20,000 bases of DNA from an uncultured virus (IMG/VR IMGVR_UViG_3300031975_000839) (IMGVR_UViG_3300031975_000839), one strand, 5' to 3'; counted from the stretch's first letter, positions 9,201 through 17,344 are shown. Numbers and translations: made by a program. The notes: generated from the sequence alone by a model not told the origin.

Positions 9201-11315
9201 TAAAATACCACCAGCAATATCACCAGTATTTGTTCCAACCTCTAAATCTATACCCTCATTAAAAGTTGCAGTTGATTCTTGCTCAACACGAATTACATTT
9301 TCAAATTCTGTATCAAGAACATTTGTATTTGAATCAAAACTTTTAACTGTTCCCACATGAGATGTAAGAGTATTTCCATTTGTAAAAGTTCCAGATACAT
9401 CTTTAAGAACAAAGTGAGCTCTAGGCACAACTGTGGGTGCATTATTAGTAAAATTAAAACCAGAATCACTTACTTTTAAAGATTTTATCCCACCAATATC
9501 ACTCGTTGTTGCGAGAACTGATGCACCAGTTCCAGATGTAGTTGTAATAGTGACTGTTGGTAATTTTGTATATCCATCACCACCATTTGCAACATGAACT
9601 TTTTGTATAGCACCAGCCTCTGCTGTGCTAAATGTGTCAGACTCTAAAACAATTTGATCTGTTTCTGTTGTGTGAGTATCCTCTGTTTCAAAAACAGTAT
9701 CAGTAAGAATTTGGTGATTTGCATTTGCACCAAGTCCATCTGTTCCATCTAAAATTAAATTATTAAGAACATTACCACGAACATATATTTTTGCACCATC
9801 TGCTGGTGCAGTGGTAAATGTTAAAGTTGTTCCACTTGCAGTCCAATTAGTTGGTGAAGTTAAAGTATCATCTGTTTCTGGAAAATTAACATCATCAATG
9901 GTAACAATTATTGTATCTGTTGTTGTATTTAAATTTGTTAAAGTAAATACTGTTGTTGTTCCATCACCAATAAAATTATCATCTAATATATTTTCTAATT
10001 GAATATTAAATGATTCTAAATGTGTTTGAGTTCCACTTTCTAAAATTATACTATCAGATGTAAATGTAGGATCATCAAGTGTTCCTGATTCTAATTGAAT
10101 ACCACCACCAACCATACTGACAAAACCAGATGCAGACTCAACTAAATTATCTGATGTGGATTCAGTAAATGTTAAAGTATCACCAACCTCATAACTTGTT
10201 CCAGCGTCATCAACTTTAACTTCACTTACTGAGCCACTATGAATTTCACTTACAAGAACATCACCAAATCCATTTCCTAAACTTTCAACAACTGTTGGCT
10301 CATTCACACTATGAAGAATACCATCATTACCAACACTTGCAGATGAAATAATTGATGAAATTGTAAACTTAACATTTAAATCTCTAGTAGAGGATAAACC
10401 ACTTACAATTTCACCTTTAGAAAATGTTCCTGATACATTTTCAATTGTAAATTCTGTTATTGATTCAGTTCCTTGTTGAAACGATAAAGAGGAAACAACA
10501 GTTGCAGTTGCACCAGATGTTGCACCAGTAATAACTGCATCAATAACTTCAGCGCCAGATACTCCTGATGTATTAGGAGTGACACGCATAGTTGTTGTTC
10601 TTCCCCAATTACCATCTGAAGTTCTTAAAACATTTTCCGTTGGATAAAATATTTCTGGCTGCTCTCCTACGAACAATCTCATAAACAGTTTATGACCCTC
10701 TGATGTTCCTTTAGCTGCATAGAGGTCTTTAATACTTTTTATGAGATTCCTCTTTGATACTCCTGATGCAAGAGTGTTTGGTATTGCGTTCATAAATGAG
10801 TTACGGAACTCATCTAAGAAATCATAGATTGTATTATCTGTGTTTGCGTATTCTAATAACTGCTGAATGTTTTGAACTGGATTTGCACGATACTGCTTTA
10901 TTGCTCCAGTTGCACCAGATGTTGCACCAGTAATTGTTTCACCAGTAATAAATTTTTGCTGAGAGCTAATGTAAAGATAATTGTTTCTTAAATCTTGTAG
11001 TAATACTGTTGCAGTTGCACCAGATGTTGCACCAGTAACAGTTTCATTTTCAACAAAGTTTGAAGTAGAGCCTGCACCAGATTCAGTAACAACTCTGTCA
11101 CCATCTGCATTTAAAATATAATTTGTTGTTGTAGTTTCTTGTATGATATAATCTATGTCTGGAGTATCTAAAGTTATTCTTCCAGCTTCAAGGTATTGAT
11201 AATAGTGCTTAAGAAAACGAACAAAAACAGGGTGGTCTGATTGAACAAAATCAGGAACTTGGCCTTCTATTAAAGGTGAAACTTTTGTAACTAATTTAGA
11301 ATCGTTTTTACTCAT
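6252..11315 (-). CDS. gp7: Baseplate wedge initiator gp7-like, enlarged with inserted domains and acidic repeats
   Basis: 1687 aa. N-terminal VSPLIEGQVPDFV...FLKHYYQYLE and LIKSIKDLYAAKGT...FMRLF motifs, and the conserved QDSYYYQDYSYEV...KKAVHPAGFRPFG block. Syntenic with gp6 and gp8. Confidence 0.82.
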   Translation of the reverse strand: MSKNDSKLVTKVSPLIEGQVPDFVQSDHPVFVRFLKHYYQYLEAGRITLDTPDIDYIIQETTTTNYILNADGDRVVTESGAGSTSNFVENETVTGATSGATATVLLQDLRNNYLYISSQQKFITGETITGATSGATGAIKQYRANPVQNIQQLLEYANTDNTIYDFLDEFRNSFMNAIPNTLASGVSKRNLIKSIKDLYAAKGTSEGHKLFMRLFVGEQPEIFYPTENVLRTSDGNWGRTTTMRVTPNTSGVSGAEVIDAVITGATSGATATVVSSLSFQQGTESITEFTIENVSGTFSKGEIVSGLSSTRDLNVKFTISSIISSASVGNDGILHSVNEPTVVESLGNGFGDVLVSEIHSGSVSEVKVDDAGTSYEVGDTLTFTESTSDNLVESASGFVSMVGGGIQLESGTLDDPTFTSDSIILESGTQTHLESFNIQLENILDDNFIGDGTTTVFTLTNLNTTTDTIIVTIDDVNFPETDDTLTSPTNWTASGTTLTFTTAPADGAKIYVRGNVLNNLILDGTDGLGANANHQILTDTVFETEDTHTTETDQIVLESDTFSTAEAGAIQKVHVANGGDGYTKLPTVTITTTSGTGASVLATTSDIGGIKSLKVSDSGFNFTNNAPTVVPRAHFVLKDVSGTFTNGNTLTSHVGTVKSFDSNTNVLDTEFENVIRVEQESTATFNEGIDLEVGTNTGDIAGGILLEDTQDFDDGEDVLLDGTSITTPSTRTITKKVTVVRNASDTANIFAIDSVPQPTLRLTEGNTYYFDLSDSSLYNAVSSKNHQLKFSITPNGTHGGGSEYTDGVTTSASYIDIGTTGAYIQIVVASGAPDLYYYCVNHSGMGGLAYTPDPQTTIEDESENVLLDASQTAIRGLLLEDGTDTGLGFLMQESLAVTRESRIGFNQTASGGVDQNDNILLEVGSNDGQDSILVMEENEPRVTLTGFSDTGDRFILEVSDSSFIAPESGVGVIKLDRYQENLSGQFLLLDGIDSDGTAAGEVVAIEEAGNRLILNGTDSDSTDANSNLLGEDETGTGDILLDGTDSSSSDAGDNIINEDAIDFSKDNVVITDNTGATGTIIKADIATASSQIGQTSTSEGSYSGIKSLIGEDLIRVQDSYYYQDYSYEVQVGEAFGTYVNELKKAVHPAGFRPFGKVSIASAISVAVTNAGATLSGFTGDDRFSPILASTFETIFDQVIKSRLEVAPDGDRGDRDDTIILDGTDISSSNAGDNILFEGNPERDTNDDGGGRLMAETSHAPSGKAERVLVKRTKVDISTRPTVRAARNLLLQLAQNPFGSGQSALQLENSTEGSFESGNLVIDGTLPFNDPNVPILLEGDEDRDHVVLNATDGSGTDDGGNILMEDGSRILQEDSTFVTRGLKDRILLEQGGDDSVLMAESDTWAFPVGYYINEHEKILLEDDHDDTSVKLSDVNSLTFNDILNKSKIIINDNLSKSVEQNNANAIENTGVLLEDFGQLILDGTDSTSSNAGNHLLQETTKRNRFTLELSGSLIEEEYSSNSVVERILLEGENSSLLNLESQEDLTDDSGIKLEIQGTSGDDVIILNGTGIDDPIPNAGDKVLLEDSLRNDTASELLLESTNLIISEGQIPIENWTLNSSVNPVGAQPIVQASEIVVRTTGDIALEDETINNIDGVTSHGYLVLNGTDSTSSNAGDNFDLEGATGITV
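6291..9760 (-). repeat. Dispersed acidic peptide repeat [IL]xL[DN]GTDxxxx[ND]AGDxhhhE in gp7 (about 9 copies)
   Basis: Copies include LVLNGTDSTSSNAGDNF (~6291-6335), LILDGTDSTSSNAGNHL (~6841-6885), IILDGTDISSSNAGDNI (~7621-7663), ILLDGTDSSSSDAGDNI (~8155-8200), LILNGTDSDSTDANSNL (~8235-8283), LLLDGIDSDGTAAGEVV (~8310-8358) and LILDGTDGLGANANHQI (~9710-9760). The 6291 and 6841 copies are near-identical at DNA level. Confidence 0.85.
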
Positions 11316-11321
11316 ATCTTA

Positions 11322-11612
11322 TTAACCAGAAAATACATTACCAGAGCCTTGTGCAACTTTACTACCACACGCAACTGGATCTCCTATTCTTCCTAATTGT
11401 AAATTATTTGCAAATACAGTTGATGAGCCAGACTCAAGAGTTGATGAGTGACTTGTTCCATCATTTATACAAACATGAACTCCCCAAGTGTCTGTTGCTC
11501 TATGAACTCCAATATTATTTGCAAATACAGTTGTGCTTCCACTAGTGTTGACTCTAGGTGGAAAACACCCATGCCCAGTTCCTAAATCTCCAATCCTAGT
11601 AACCGCCGGCAT
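11322..11612 (-). CDS. gp5.4: PAAR-repeat spike tip protein (gp5.4-like)
   Basis: MPAVTRIGDLGTGHGCFPPR...GSTTVFANN...H...H...GSSTVFANNLQLGRIGDPVACGSKVAQGSGNVFSG, a PAAR fold with His/Cys metal ligands. Start more likely at ATG 11612 (GAGGAG upstream) than at the track's 11618. Confidence 0.93.
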   Translation of the reverse strand: MPAVTRIGDLGTGHGCFPPRVNTSGSTTVFANNIGVHRATDTWGVHVCINDGTSHSSTLESGSSTVFANNLQLGRIGDPVACGSKVAQGSGNVFSG

Positions 11613-12954
11613 CTTCACTCTCCTCTGTTTCTGTAGTTGTTTGCTGTAAACTACTAGTTCTTATACCATCTTTATAATCAGACGAGTTAAAGTAATCACT
11701 TATAAATGTTCCTGTCTTTGAATAGTCTTGTGTGTTTGTAAGATATCCTACTTGCCCACTAGTAAAACCAGTTACAGTACCAATTCCATTTTTTTCATAG
11801 TCTTGTAGACTAGTAAATAATTTATCTGTGCGATAAGGAGTAGCGCCTGTTAAACCCACACTGTATCTATAATCACTACCGCCTAACTCAAATGCTCTTT
11901 GAAACTCTGGCCAATGCTGTCTAGCTTGTATTCTAATTGGAAGAAGAACTTGTTGAGTAGCATCTGGTTTTATTTCATATACCTCTTGTCCTTGTGGTAT
12001 TCCAGATAATACACCACTGTAATTAACTTGATTACCACCCAAAGATATGTTTGGTGTAGATAAATCAGATTCTCCAACAGGAACATATTTTGCAGTTACA
12101 TCAGAAAATAATTCATCATGTGTATAATATCCAGATATAGTTGCTTTTGCTGAGAAAATAACATCACCAGTTACATTTAATGCATTATCAATAATACTAT
12201 TGTATTGAGTATTTTTAGAAACAAAGTCAGCATCACCAGTTCTATCATATCCATTAAAATAACTTACATAATCTCCTAAATTTTGAAAAGTTCTACTACT
12301 TCTTCCTCTAGGAAGTCTGTCTGCATCTATAATTTGTTCAAAAGTACCATCTTTTCTAGGGTCATTTCTAAACATCCAAAAAGGATAAATTCTATTATCA
12401 CCTTGTGATGAAGTATATGATGTGTCTAAAATAAAGTCGTCAACAGTCCAATCATCTTTAAATGCAAAACTGTTGTAAGGTTCAATTCCAGAAGTACCAT
12501 TAAAATAAACTAATGGATCGGTTGCTGATGGAAATGGTGGAATTACTCTTTCATCTACATAGATACTATTTGTTACTGTAATATTTTTTCCTTTAATTAA
12601 AGGGTCTAGCATTAAATAAAATATGTGCTGACCTACATTAAAATCACCACCAAGTGGTATAGTTGTTGGATCAACTTGATACATCCAAAGTGTGTATGTA
12701 AATTCAACCTCTGGAAATATTTGAACAGTATCCACAAAACTATCAGTATCTAGTAAATTCTGATATGCACTTGGTTCATATCTTTGACTAAATCTATCAC
12801 CACTTAAAATATTTGTTATTTGGTCAGTAGTAAATTTTCTTGAAACAGTGCTGAGATTAGTTACAGGAATCATAGGATCAGTTCCAGATTCTGGAGCTTC
12901 ACTTCCTGTGCTCCAAAGAAAATTTGCAGCATAATCAACAGCAACTACTGTCAT
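11596..12954 (-). CDS. Hypothetical protein (452 aa), coupled to PAAR; possibly gp5.1-like in its C-terminal half
   Basis: Long ORF on the coding strand filling the gp6-PAAR gap and overlapping the PAAR start by 17 nt. Function not recognised; the gp5.1-like guess rests on position and weak remembered similarity. Confidence 0.75.
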   Translation of the reverse strand: MTVVAVDYAANFLWSTGSEAPESGTDPMIPVTNLSTVSRKFTTDQITNILSGDRFSQRYEPSAYQNLLDTDSFVDTVQIFPEVEFTYTLWMYQVDPTTIPLGGDFNVGQHIFYLMLDPLIKGKNITVTNSIYVDERVIPPFPSATDPLVYFNGTSGIEPYNSFAFKDDWTVDDFILDTSYTSSQGDNRIYPFWMFRNDPRKDGTFEQIIDADRLPRGRSSRTFQNLGDYVSYFNGYDRTGDADFVSKNTQYNSIIDNALNVTGDVIFSAKATISGYYTHDELFSDVTAKYVPVGESDLSTPNISLGGNQVNYSGVLSGIPQGQEVYEIKPDATQQVLLPIRIQARQHWPEFQRAFELGGSDYRYSVGLTGATPYRTDKLFTSLQDYEKNGIGTVTGFTSGQVGYLTNTQDYSKTGTFISDYFNSSDYKDGIRTSSLQQTTTETEESEDAGGY

Positions 12955-12999
12955 AATACTTTCCAGTTATAATGCTTAGAATTATTTCGTATCCACATA

Positions 13000-14925
13000 T
13001 TAGTAACTTGATGATGTTGGAGTTGAAGATGGTGTTGATACAGTTGTAGTTGTTACTGTTCCACCACTTGTAACTGTTGTTGTATATCCTGTTCCAGTTG
13101 TTGTTGTTTGGTCAACTGAGCCAACAATAGTTGTATTTGTTAAATCTATTTCTAGTATTTGATTACGAACTGGAACAACATCATTTGAATTTGGTATCGC
13201 AGTAATTCTTATTGATACTGATGTTTCATCATCAACATTTGATATTGCAGTAATTGTAAGTGGATTGATTGTAACAGTTCCTTTTGTGTAATCAATTGTG
13301 CCTGCAGCTGAATCAAAATAAACTCTTGCACCAGCAACCACAGAATAAATTCTAAGGTTGCCTGCACCATCATCATCAAAGAAATACTCAGTCGCTCCAC
13401 CAAGAAAAAATCCTGTTGATGCAATAATACCACCAGCAGCTGCATTGTGTCCTGAGTGTGGATTAAAAAGTGCGTTTGCAAAGTTTACAATGAAAGATTG
13501 CTTAGTTGATAAAGTAGGTGTAATAAATTTACCAAGTGTAACTGTTACAGTATTGTTTAATATTGCAGTATCAGTATCATCAATCTGTCCAGTAAGTTTT
13601 GAGTGCCTAAATGGGTTGTCAAAGTTTTTTAAATCTGTATCGTTATATGCAGATATTGTATCACTAATCAAAGACTCTAATCCACCTTTTGTTTGTGTGG
13701 TAGAATTTGAGTCATATGCAAATGAAACATTTAAAATTAAAAATGTAGTTTCTGCATCAACAATAACTGGTGTAACAGATGATACTTTAAATTTTTTTAA
13801 GTCTGTAACTAGTTGAGTTTTCTGTGCATCTGATAAATTTAATCCTGTTGTAGACTTAACTGATATAAAAACTTTACCATATTCTGGTGTATCACTTACG
13901 CCTGTACTAGTGTCATAACTTCCATCTTCTCCACCCCATACTGAAACAGCTTGAGTGTTTGCAAAAAGTTTCTTTATATAAACTTTGTAATCTTCTGTTG
14001 TAACTGCACGGCCTTGAGATGCGTAATCAAGTGGTGCGTTAAGTTTGATTGAAGTTAGTGATTCTGGCTCTGAACCACCAAATGCAGCTGTAACAGTTGA
14101 TGTGGTAACGCCTGTTACACCATCTATAGCTCCAGAGTTTGAAAATGTATTTGCACCATTTGCTAAAGATTTATTTGTTACAACATATGATAATACCACA
14201 ATATTATCATCAGTAAGTGCTTTACTTACAACACCATCACCAAAATAAACTTCAAACTTTCCATTTTCAACTTCTTGTAAATAATAGACTGTGCTTGATG
14301 CATTAAGCTGTGATATATCAGTTGCTCTAGTGTAAGTTGTCGTAGTAGAATCAGAGGCAGAGTTTTGCACCTTAACAGTTAAAGTTGTAGTGTCTGCACG
14401 ATTATCTCTAAGTAAAAATCTTTGCTCTACATTAGATGAATCAACTGTGTACTTTGTCGTTACATAAGTTCCCTCATATATTTCTGTGCTGTCAAAAATA
14501 ACTTTATTACCAGAATTTGATTTTGTAACATCTGATGCAGTAACAAATTGATATGATGTTCCATCTACTGTTGTATTAAACGCAGTGCCAGCTGGCATTG
14601 TTTTAGTTGTATCTCCAGTAGCAAGTTCAATATTTACAGTTGCTTTTGAAGCTCTACAAGAACTCACTTCGTATCCAAGTGTCTTTGCGTGTGATACGAT
14701 ACTTGATCTGAGTGATGCACTATCAAGAAACATTTCATTTGCTAGCATGTTTGCATTAAAACCAAGATAGTGTGTATTGTACGCAAGAGTGTCTAGTAGT
14801 ATTGACATACCAGAACCCTCAAAGTCATAGTCTTTAAATTCTGTCTGTGCTTTTAAAAAATTTTTTAGGTTTGCTTTGATATCATCAAAGTCTAATTCTG
14901 TTACTCTTAATTTAGTGTCTGCCAT
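13000..14925 (-). CDS. gp6: Baseplate wedge subunit gp6
   Basis: 641 aa. LDFDDIKANLKNFLKAQTEFKDYDFEGSGMSILLDTLAYNTHY, NEMFLDSASLRSSIVSHAKTLGY, FEVYFGDG, QGRAVTTEDY and PEYGKVFIS motifs. 1-nt TAATG overlap with gp25. Confidence 0.95.
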   Translation of the reverse strand: MADTKLRVTELDFDDIKANLKNFLKAQTEFKDYDFEGSGMSILLDTLAYNTHYLGFNANMLANEMFLDSASLRSSIVSHAKTLGYEVSSCRASKATVNIELATGDTTKTMPAGTAFNTTVDGTSYQFVTASDVTKSNSGNKVIFDSTEIYEGTYVTTKYTVDSSNVEQRFLLRDNRADTTTLTVKVQNSASDSTTTTYTRATDISQLNASSTVYYLQEVENGKFEVYFGDGVVSKALTDDNIVVLSYVVTNKSLANGANTFSNSGAIDGVTGVTTSTVTAAFGGSEPESLTSIKLNAPLDYASQGRAVTTEDYKVYIKKLFANTQAVSVWGGEDGSYDTSTGVSDTPEYGKVFISVKSTTGLNLSDAQKTQLVTDLKKFKVSSVTPVIVDAETTFLILNVSFAYDSNSTTQTKGGLESLISDTISAYNDTDLKNFDNPFRHSKLTGQIDDTDTAILNNTVTVTLGKFITPTLSTKQSFIVNFANALFNPHSGHNAAAGGIIASTGFFLGGATEYFFDDDGAGNLRIYSVVAGARVYFDSAAGTIDYTKGTVTINPLTITAISNVDDETSVSIRITAIPNSNDVVPVRNQILEIDLTNTTIVGSVDQTTTTGTGYTTTVTSGGTVTTTTVSTPSSTPTSSSY

Positions 14926-15356
14926 TATCGTAATCTTTCTAACAAGATTGTTAAATCTACAAGTTCTGTGGGAGTATTTAAAACATAAAACTCTATACTC
15001 ACATTGTATGCGTTATTATCTAAGTCTGGAAATGCTCTGACTGCAACCAGTCTTGCTCTAGGCTCAAAGTTATTAATTACATCTTCAATTTTTCTAGTGA
15101 GTATAACAGCAGTTGTTGGTGTCATTAGTTCAAATAACATATCTCTTACACCAGAGCCAATCTCTGGGTGAAAAGGTTTCTCATAATGATTAAGAAGAAC
15201 TAAGTTACGAATGGAACGCTTGACTGCTTGGACATCTGTAACTTTACTAATGTCACTATCAGAACTTTTTTTACCAAAGAACAAATCAAGGTCGGTGTAC
15301 TGTCTTGAATTTCTGTCACTATTGTTATTTGATTGTGCATCAATATACGCAGACAC
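14925..15356 (-). CDS. gp25: Baseplate wedge subunit gp25 (GPW/gp25 family)
   Basis: 143 aa. YTDLDLFF...AVKRSIRNLVLLNHYEKPFHPEIGSGVRDMLFE...INNFEPRARL...LLERLR. GTG start with an AGGAG Shine-Dalgarno at 15363-15367. Confidence 0.95.
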   Translation of the reverse strand: MSAYIDAQSNNNSDRNSRQYTDLDLFFGKKSSDSDISKVTDVQAVKRSIRNLVLLNHYEKPFHPEIGSGVRDMLFELMTPTTAVILTRKIEDVINNFEPRARLVAVRAFPDLDNNAYNVSIEFYVLNTPTELVDLTILLERLR

Positions 15357-15386
15357 TTATAACTCCTATTGTTATTATTGTTATAT

Positions 15387-15394
15387 TATTTATA
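15387..15394 (-). promoter_or_regulatory. T4-type late promoter TATAAATA upstream of gp25
   Basis: Perfect TATAAATA in the gp5-gp25 intergenic gap, followed by AGGAG and the GTG start. Confidence 0.82.
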
Positions 15395-15401
15395 CGAGTT
15401 A

Positions 15402-17342
15402 CTAACCATATGAAGTGTTTACTTCTGTGTATGCTGGAACACTATACCCTGCTGTGTTAAAGATATTTCTAAAGTAAGTGTACTGCTCACCACCACCTTG
15501 CCTCCATTCTCTTTGAAGTAAAATATCAAGATGGAATCTACCTTTGTTTGGATTTTGAAAATATGTTCCAATGCCAGTAAATCCAGTATCAATACAAAGC
15601 TGTAAAAAGTCTTGCCTTTGCTTTGTTGTAAGCTTTCCTACAAAGATATCACACGCTTTTCCAGTTCTGTGTGGAAAAGAACCTTTAACAGCTGCATTTC
15701 TACGAATACCTCTAAATCCACTTGTGACAATTATTCTTGGTAAATCTGGATACGCATCTCTCCAAGAAACTGCAAGCTTGTCTATTAATTGACCTAACTC
15801 TGAGCGTATTCTTTTATCTACATCAGTATTCCAATCCCAAAGAGTTGATGTATATTCACTCTCTACAAACGCACCATCTAAATGAGATGAATACAATGCA
15901 AGTTTTGATTCACTCTTAAACCCAAAAGGGTCACCATTCCAAGTTTTACCATTGTCAACTGTCTTTTGTCGTAAAAATGCAACATCAGAATTATTTTGGC
16001 TAATGTAAGTTAAATTTCTTGGATTATCTAATTGGAAGTTTCCATCATAGTCATTCCATGAGCCAAGATATCTTTCACTTTCAACTGGACTATCAGTAAA
16101 GACATCATTGTCCTCTTTTTGCTCGTCTTGTTGCTTACGCAAATCATCAGCTGCAACATAATTGTTTGCAAATCCTTGTGGTATATCTGATGCTGGATAA
16201 GCATCTTGAACTTCTGATGTTGGATCTGATATAATAGTCGTAGGATTTTGAACATCTCTTTCTTGAGATTTATTAAGATGAACTGTTGAAGCTTCTAAAT
16301 CATATTCACCAGTTAAATCTAAATCATATCTGCCTGTGATTTCTGTTGATAAATCTGCACCATAAACTTCAGTAACTTTACCTGTAACATCTGTTCTTTG
16401 CGTTGAGCCGTAAACCTCATCTACTGTTCCATGCACTTCTTGCTTTAAGTCACCTCGCACAACTTCTGTTTTATTACCATCAACAATCGTAGTCATATTA
16501 CCTTGCACATAGGTATTGATATCACCCTCAACTGTAAGATTAACTGAGCCTTTAACATTAACATATTCAGTTCCAACAACAACTTCAAACTTATCACCAA
16601 CTACACGAATGGACTTTGTTCCGTCTGCATCAACCTCATAGAATGTTCCAGAGGTATGATACTCATGGATTCTTTCACTATTTTCTGTATCATCAAATTC
16701 TTTGATATGCCCACTTTCAGTTTCATAGACATGATTCTTTGGATAAACAGATTTGTATCTTGATGATAATTTAAGCGTTAATTCACTTGTTGCAAGCTCA
16801 CCCCACTCATCACCAATTGAAGTCGTTACACTTTTTGTTCTTCCTTTAGGTGCAGTTGCTTCACTAAATTCCTCATCTTTTGTTTCTAAAACTTTATGCT
16901 CTTTTCCAGTATCATTTCTTGCAAGGCGATTTGTATCACTTTCATTTAAGTCATGCCCAGACAAAGTGCTTGGATTTTGAGGATACACTCCATTAGGATC
17001 ATTGAAACCTTTTAACTTATCTGATATAGATTCTGGAACGCCTGGAAGTGTTCCCATAATCATAGGCTGCTGTTTTTGCCTTGCGTCCATGAAGAATCCA
17101 ACAACCCATGCACCCTCAACTAAAAATGATGGAGTCTTTCCCATACCTTGCATAGACGGATCGGTAACAGGATGCATGACATGAGCCCATGGCAAATCTT
17201 CTGTGGGTATTAATTCTTTATTTTCTGTGTGATATCCTAAGCATCTTACACGAACTCTCCCTAATTTATCTGGATCGTTCCTATCTTCAACAACGCCAGT
17301 GAACCAGATAAATCCATCTAGTCCCATGTATTCAGTATTCAT
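15402..17342 (-). CDS. gp5: Baseplate hub / cell-puncturing spike gp5 with C-terminal peptidase M15 domain
   Basis: 646 aa. N-terminal OB-fold (WFTGVVEDRNDPDKLGRVRVRCLGYH...LPWA...GAWVVGFFMD...QQPMIMGTLPG), the YPKNHVYETESGHIKEFDDT motif, 8-residue VxG beta-helix repeats, and a C-terminal TSGFR...HRTGKACDI...GIGTY...FHLDI peptidase motif. Confidence 0.93.
   Translation of the reverse strand: MNTEYMGLDGFIWFTGVVEDRNDPDKLGRVRVRCLGYHTENKELIPTEDLPWAHVMHPVTDPSMQGMGKTPSFLVEGAWVVGFFMDARQKQQPMIMGTLPGVPESISDKLKGFNDPNGVYPQNPSTLSGHDLNESDTNRLARNDTGKEHKVLETKDEEFSEATAPKGRTKSVTTSIGDEWGELATSELTLKLSSRYKSVYPKNHVYETESGHIKEFDDTENSERIHEYHTSGTFYEVDADGTKSIRVVGDKFEVVVGTEYVNVKGSVNLTVEGDINTYVQGNMTTIVDGNKTEVVRGDLKQEVHGTVDEVYGSTQRTDVTGKVTEVYGADLSTEITGRYDLDLTGEYDLEASTVHLNKSQERDVQNPTTIISDPTSEVQDAYPASDIPQGFANNYVAADDLRKQQDEQKEDNDVFTDSPVESERYLGSWNDYDGNFQLDNPRNLTYISQNNSDVAFLRQKTVDNGKTWNGDPFGFKSESKLALYSSHLDGAFVESEYTSTLWDWNTDVDKRIRSELGQLIDKLAVSWRDAYPDLPRIIVTSGFRGIRRNAAVKGSFPHRTGKACDIFVGKLTTKQRQDFLQLCIDTGFTGIGTYFQNPNKGRFHLDILLQREWRQGGGEQYTYFRNIFNTAGYSVPAYTEVNTSYG
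16290..16605 (-). repeat. gp5 triple beta-helix octapeptide repeats (~13 x VxGxxxxx)
   Basis: VVGDKFEV VVGTEYVN VKGSVNLT VEGDINTY VQGNMTTI VDGNKTEV VRGDLKQE VHGTVDEV YGSTQRTD VTGKVTEV YGADLSTE ITGRYDLD LTGEYDLE. Confidence 0.88.
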
Positions 17343-17344
17343 AA

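Noticed and set aside
6291..11050. Near-identical 25-40 nt DNA repeats as a possible CRISPR-like array
   Set aside because: They are irregularly spaced hundreds to thousands of bases apart, in frame, and explained by peptide repeats in gp7.
11462..11469. TATAAATG inside the PAAR gene as a gp7 promoter
   Set aside because: Mismatch at the last position and an intragenic location; insufficient evidence.
11322..17342. PAAR + VgrG-like + gp25 as a bacterial T6SS or eCIS locus
   Set aside because: gp6/gp7/gp8/VrlC, uvsX and T4 late promoters identify a T4-like phage baseplate module. No T6SS membrane-complex or ATPase genes are present.
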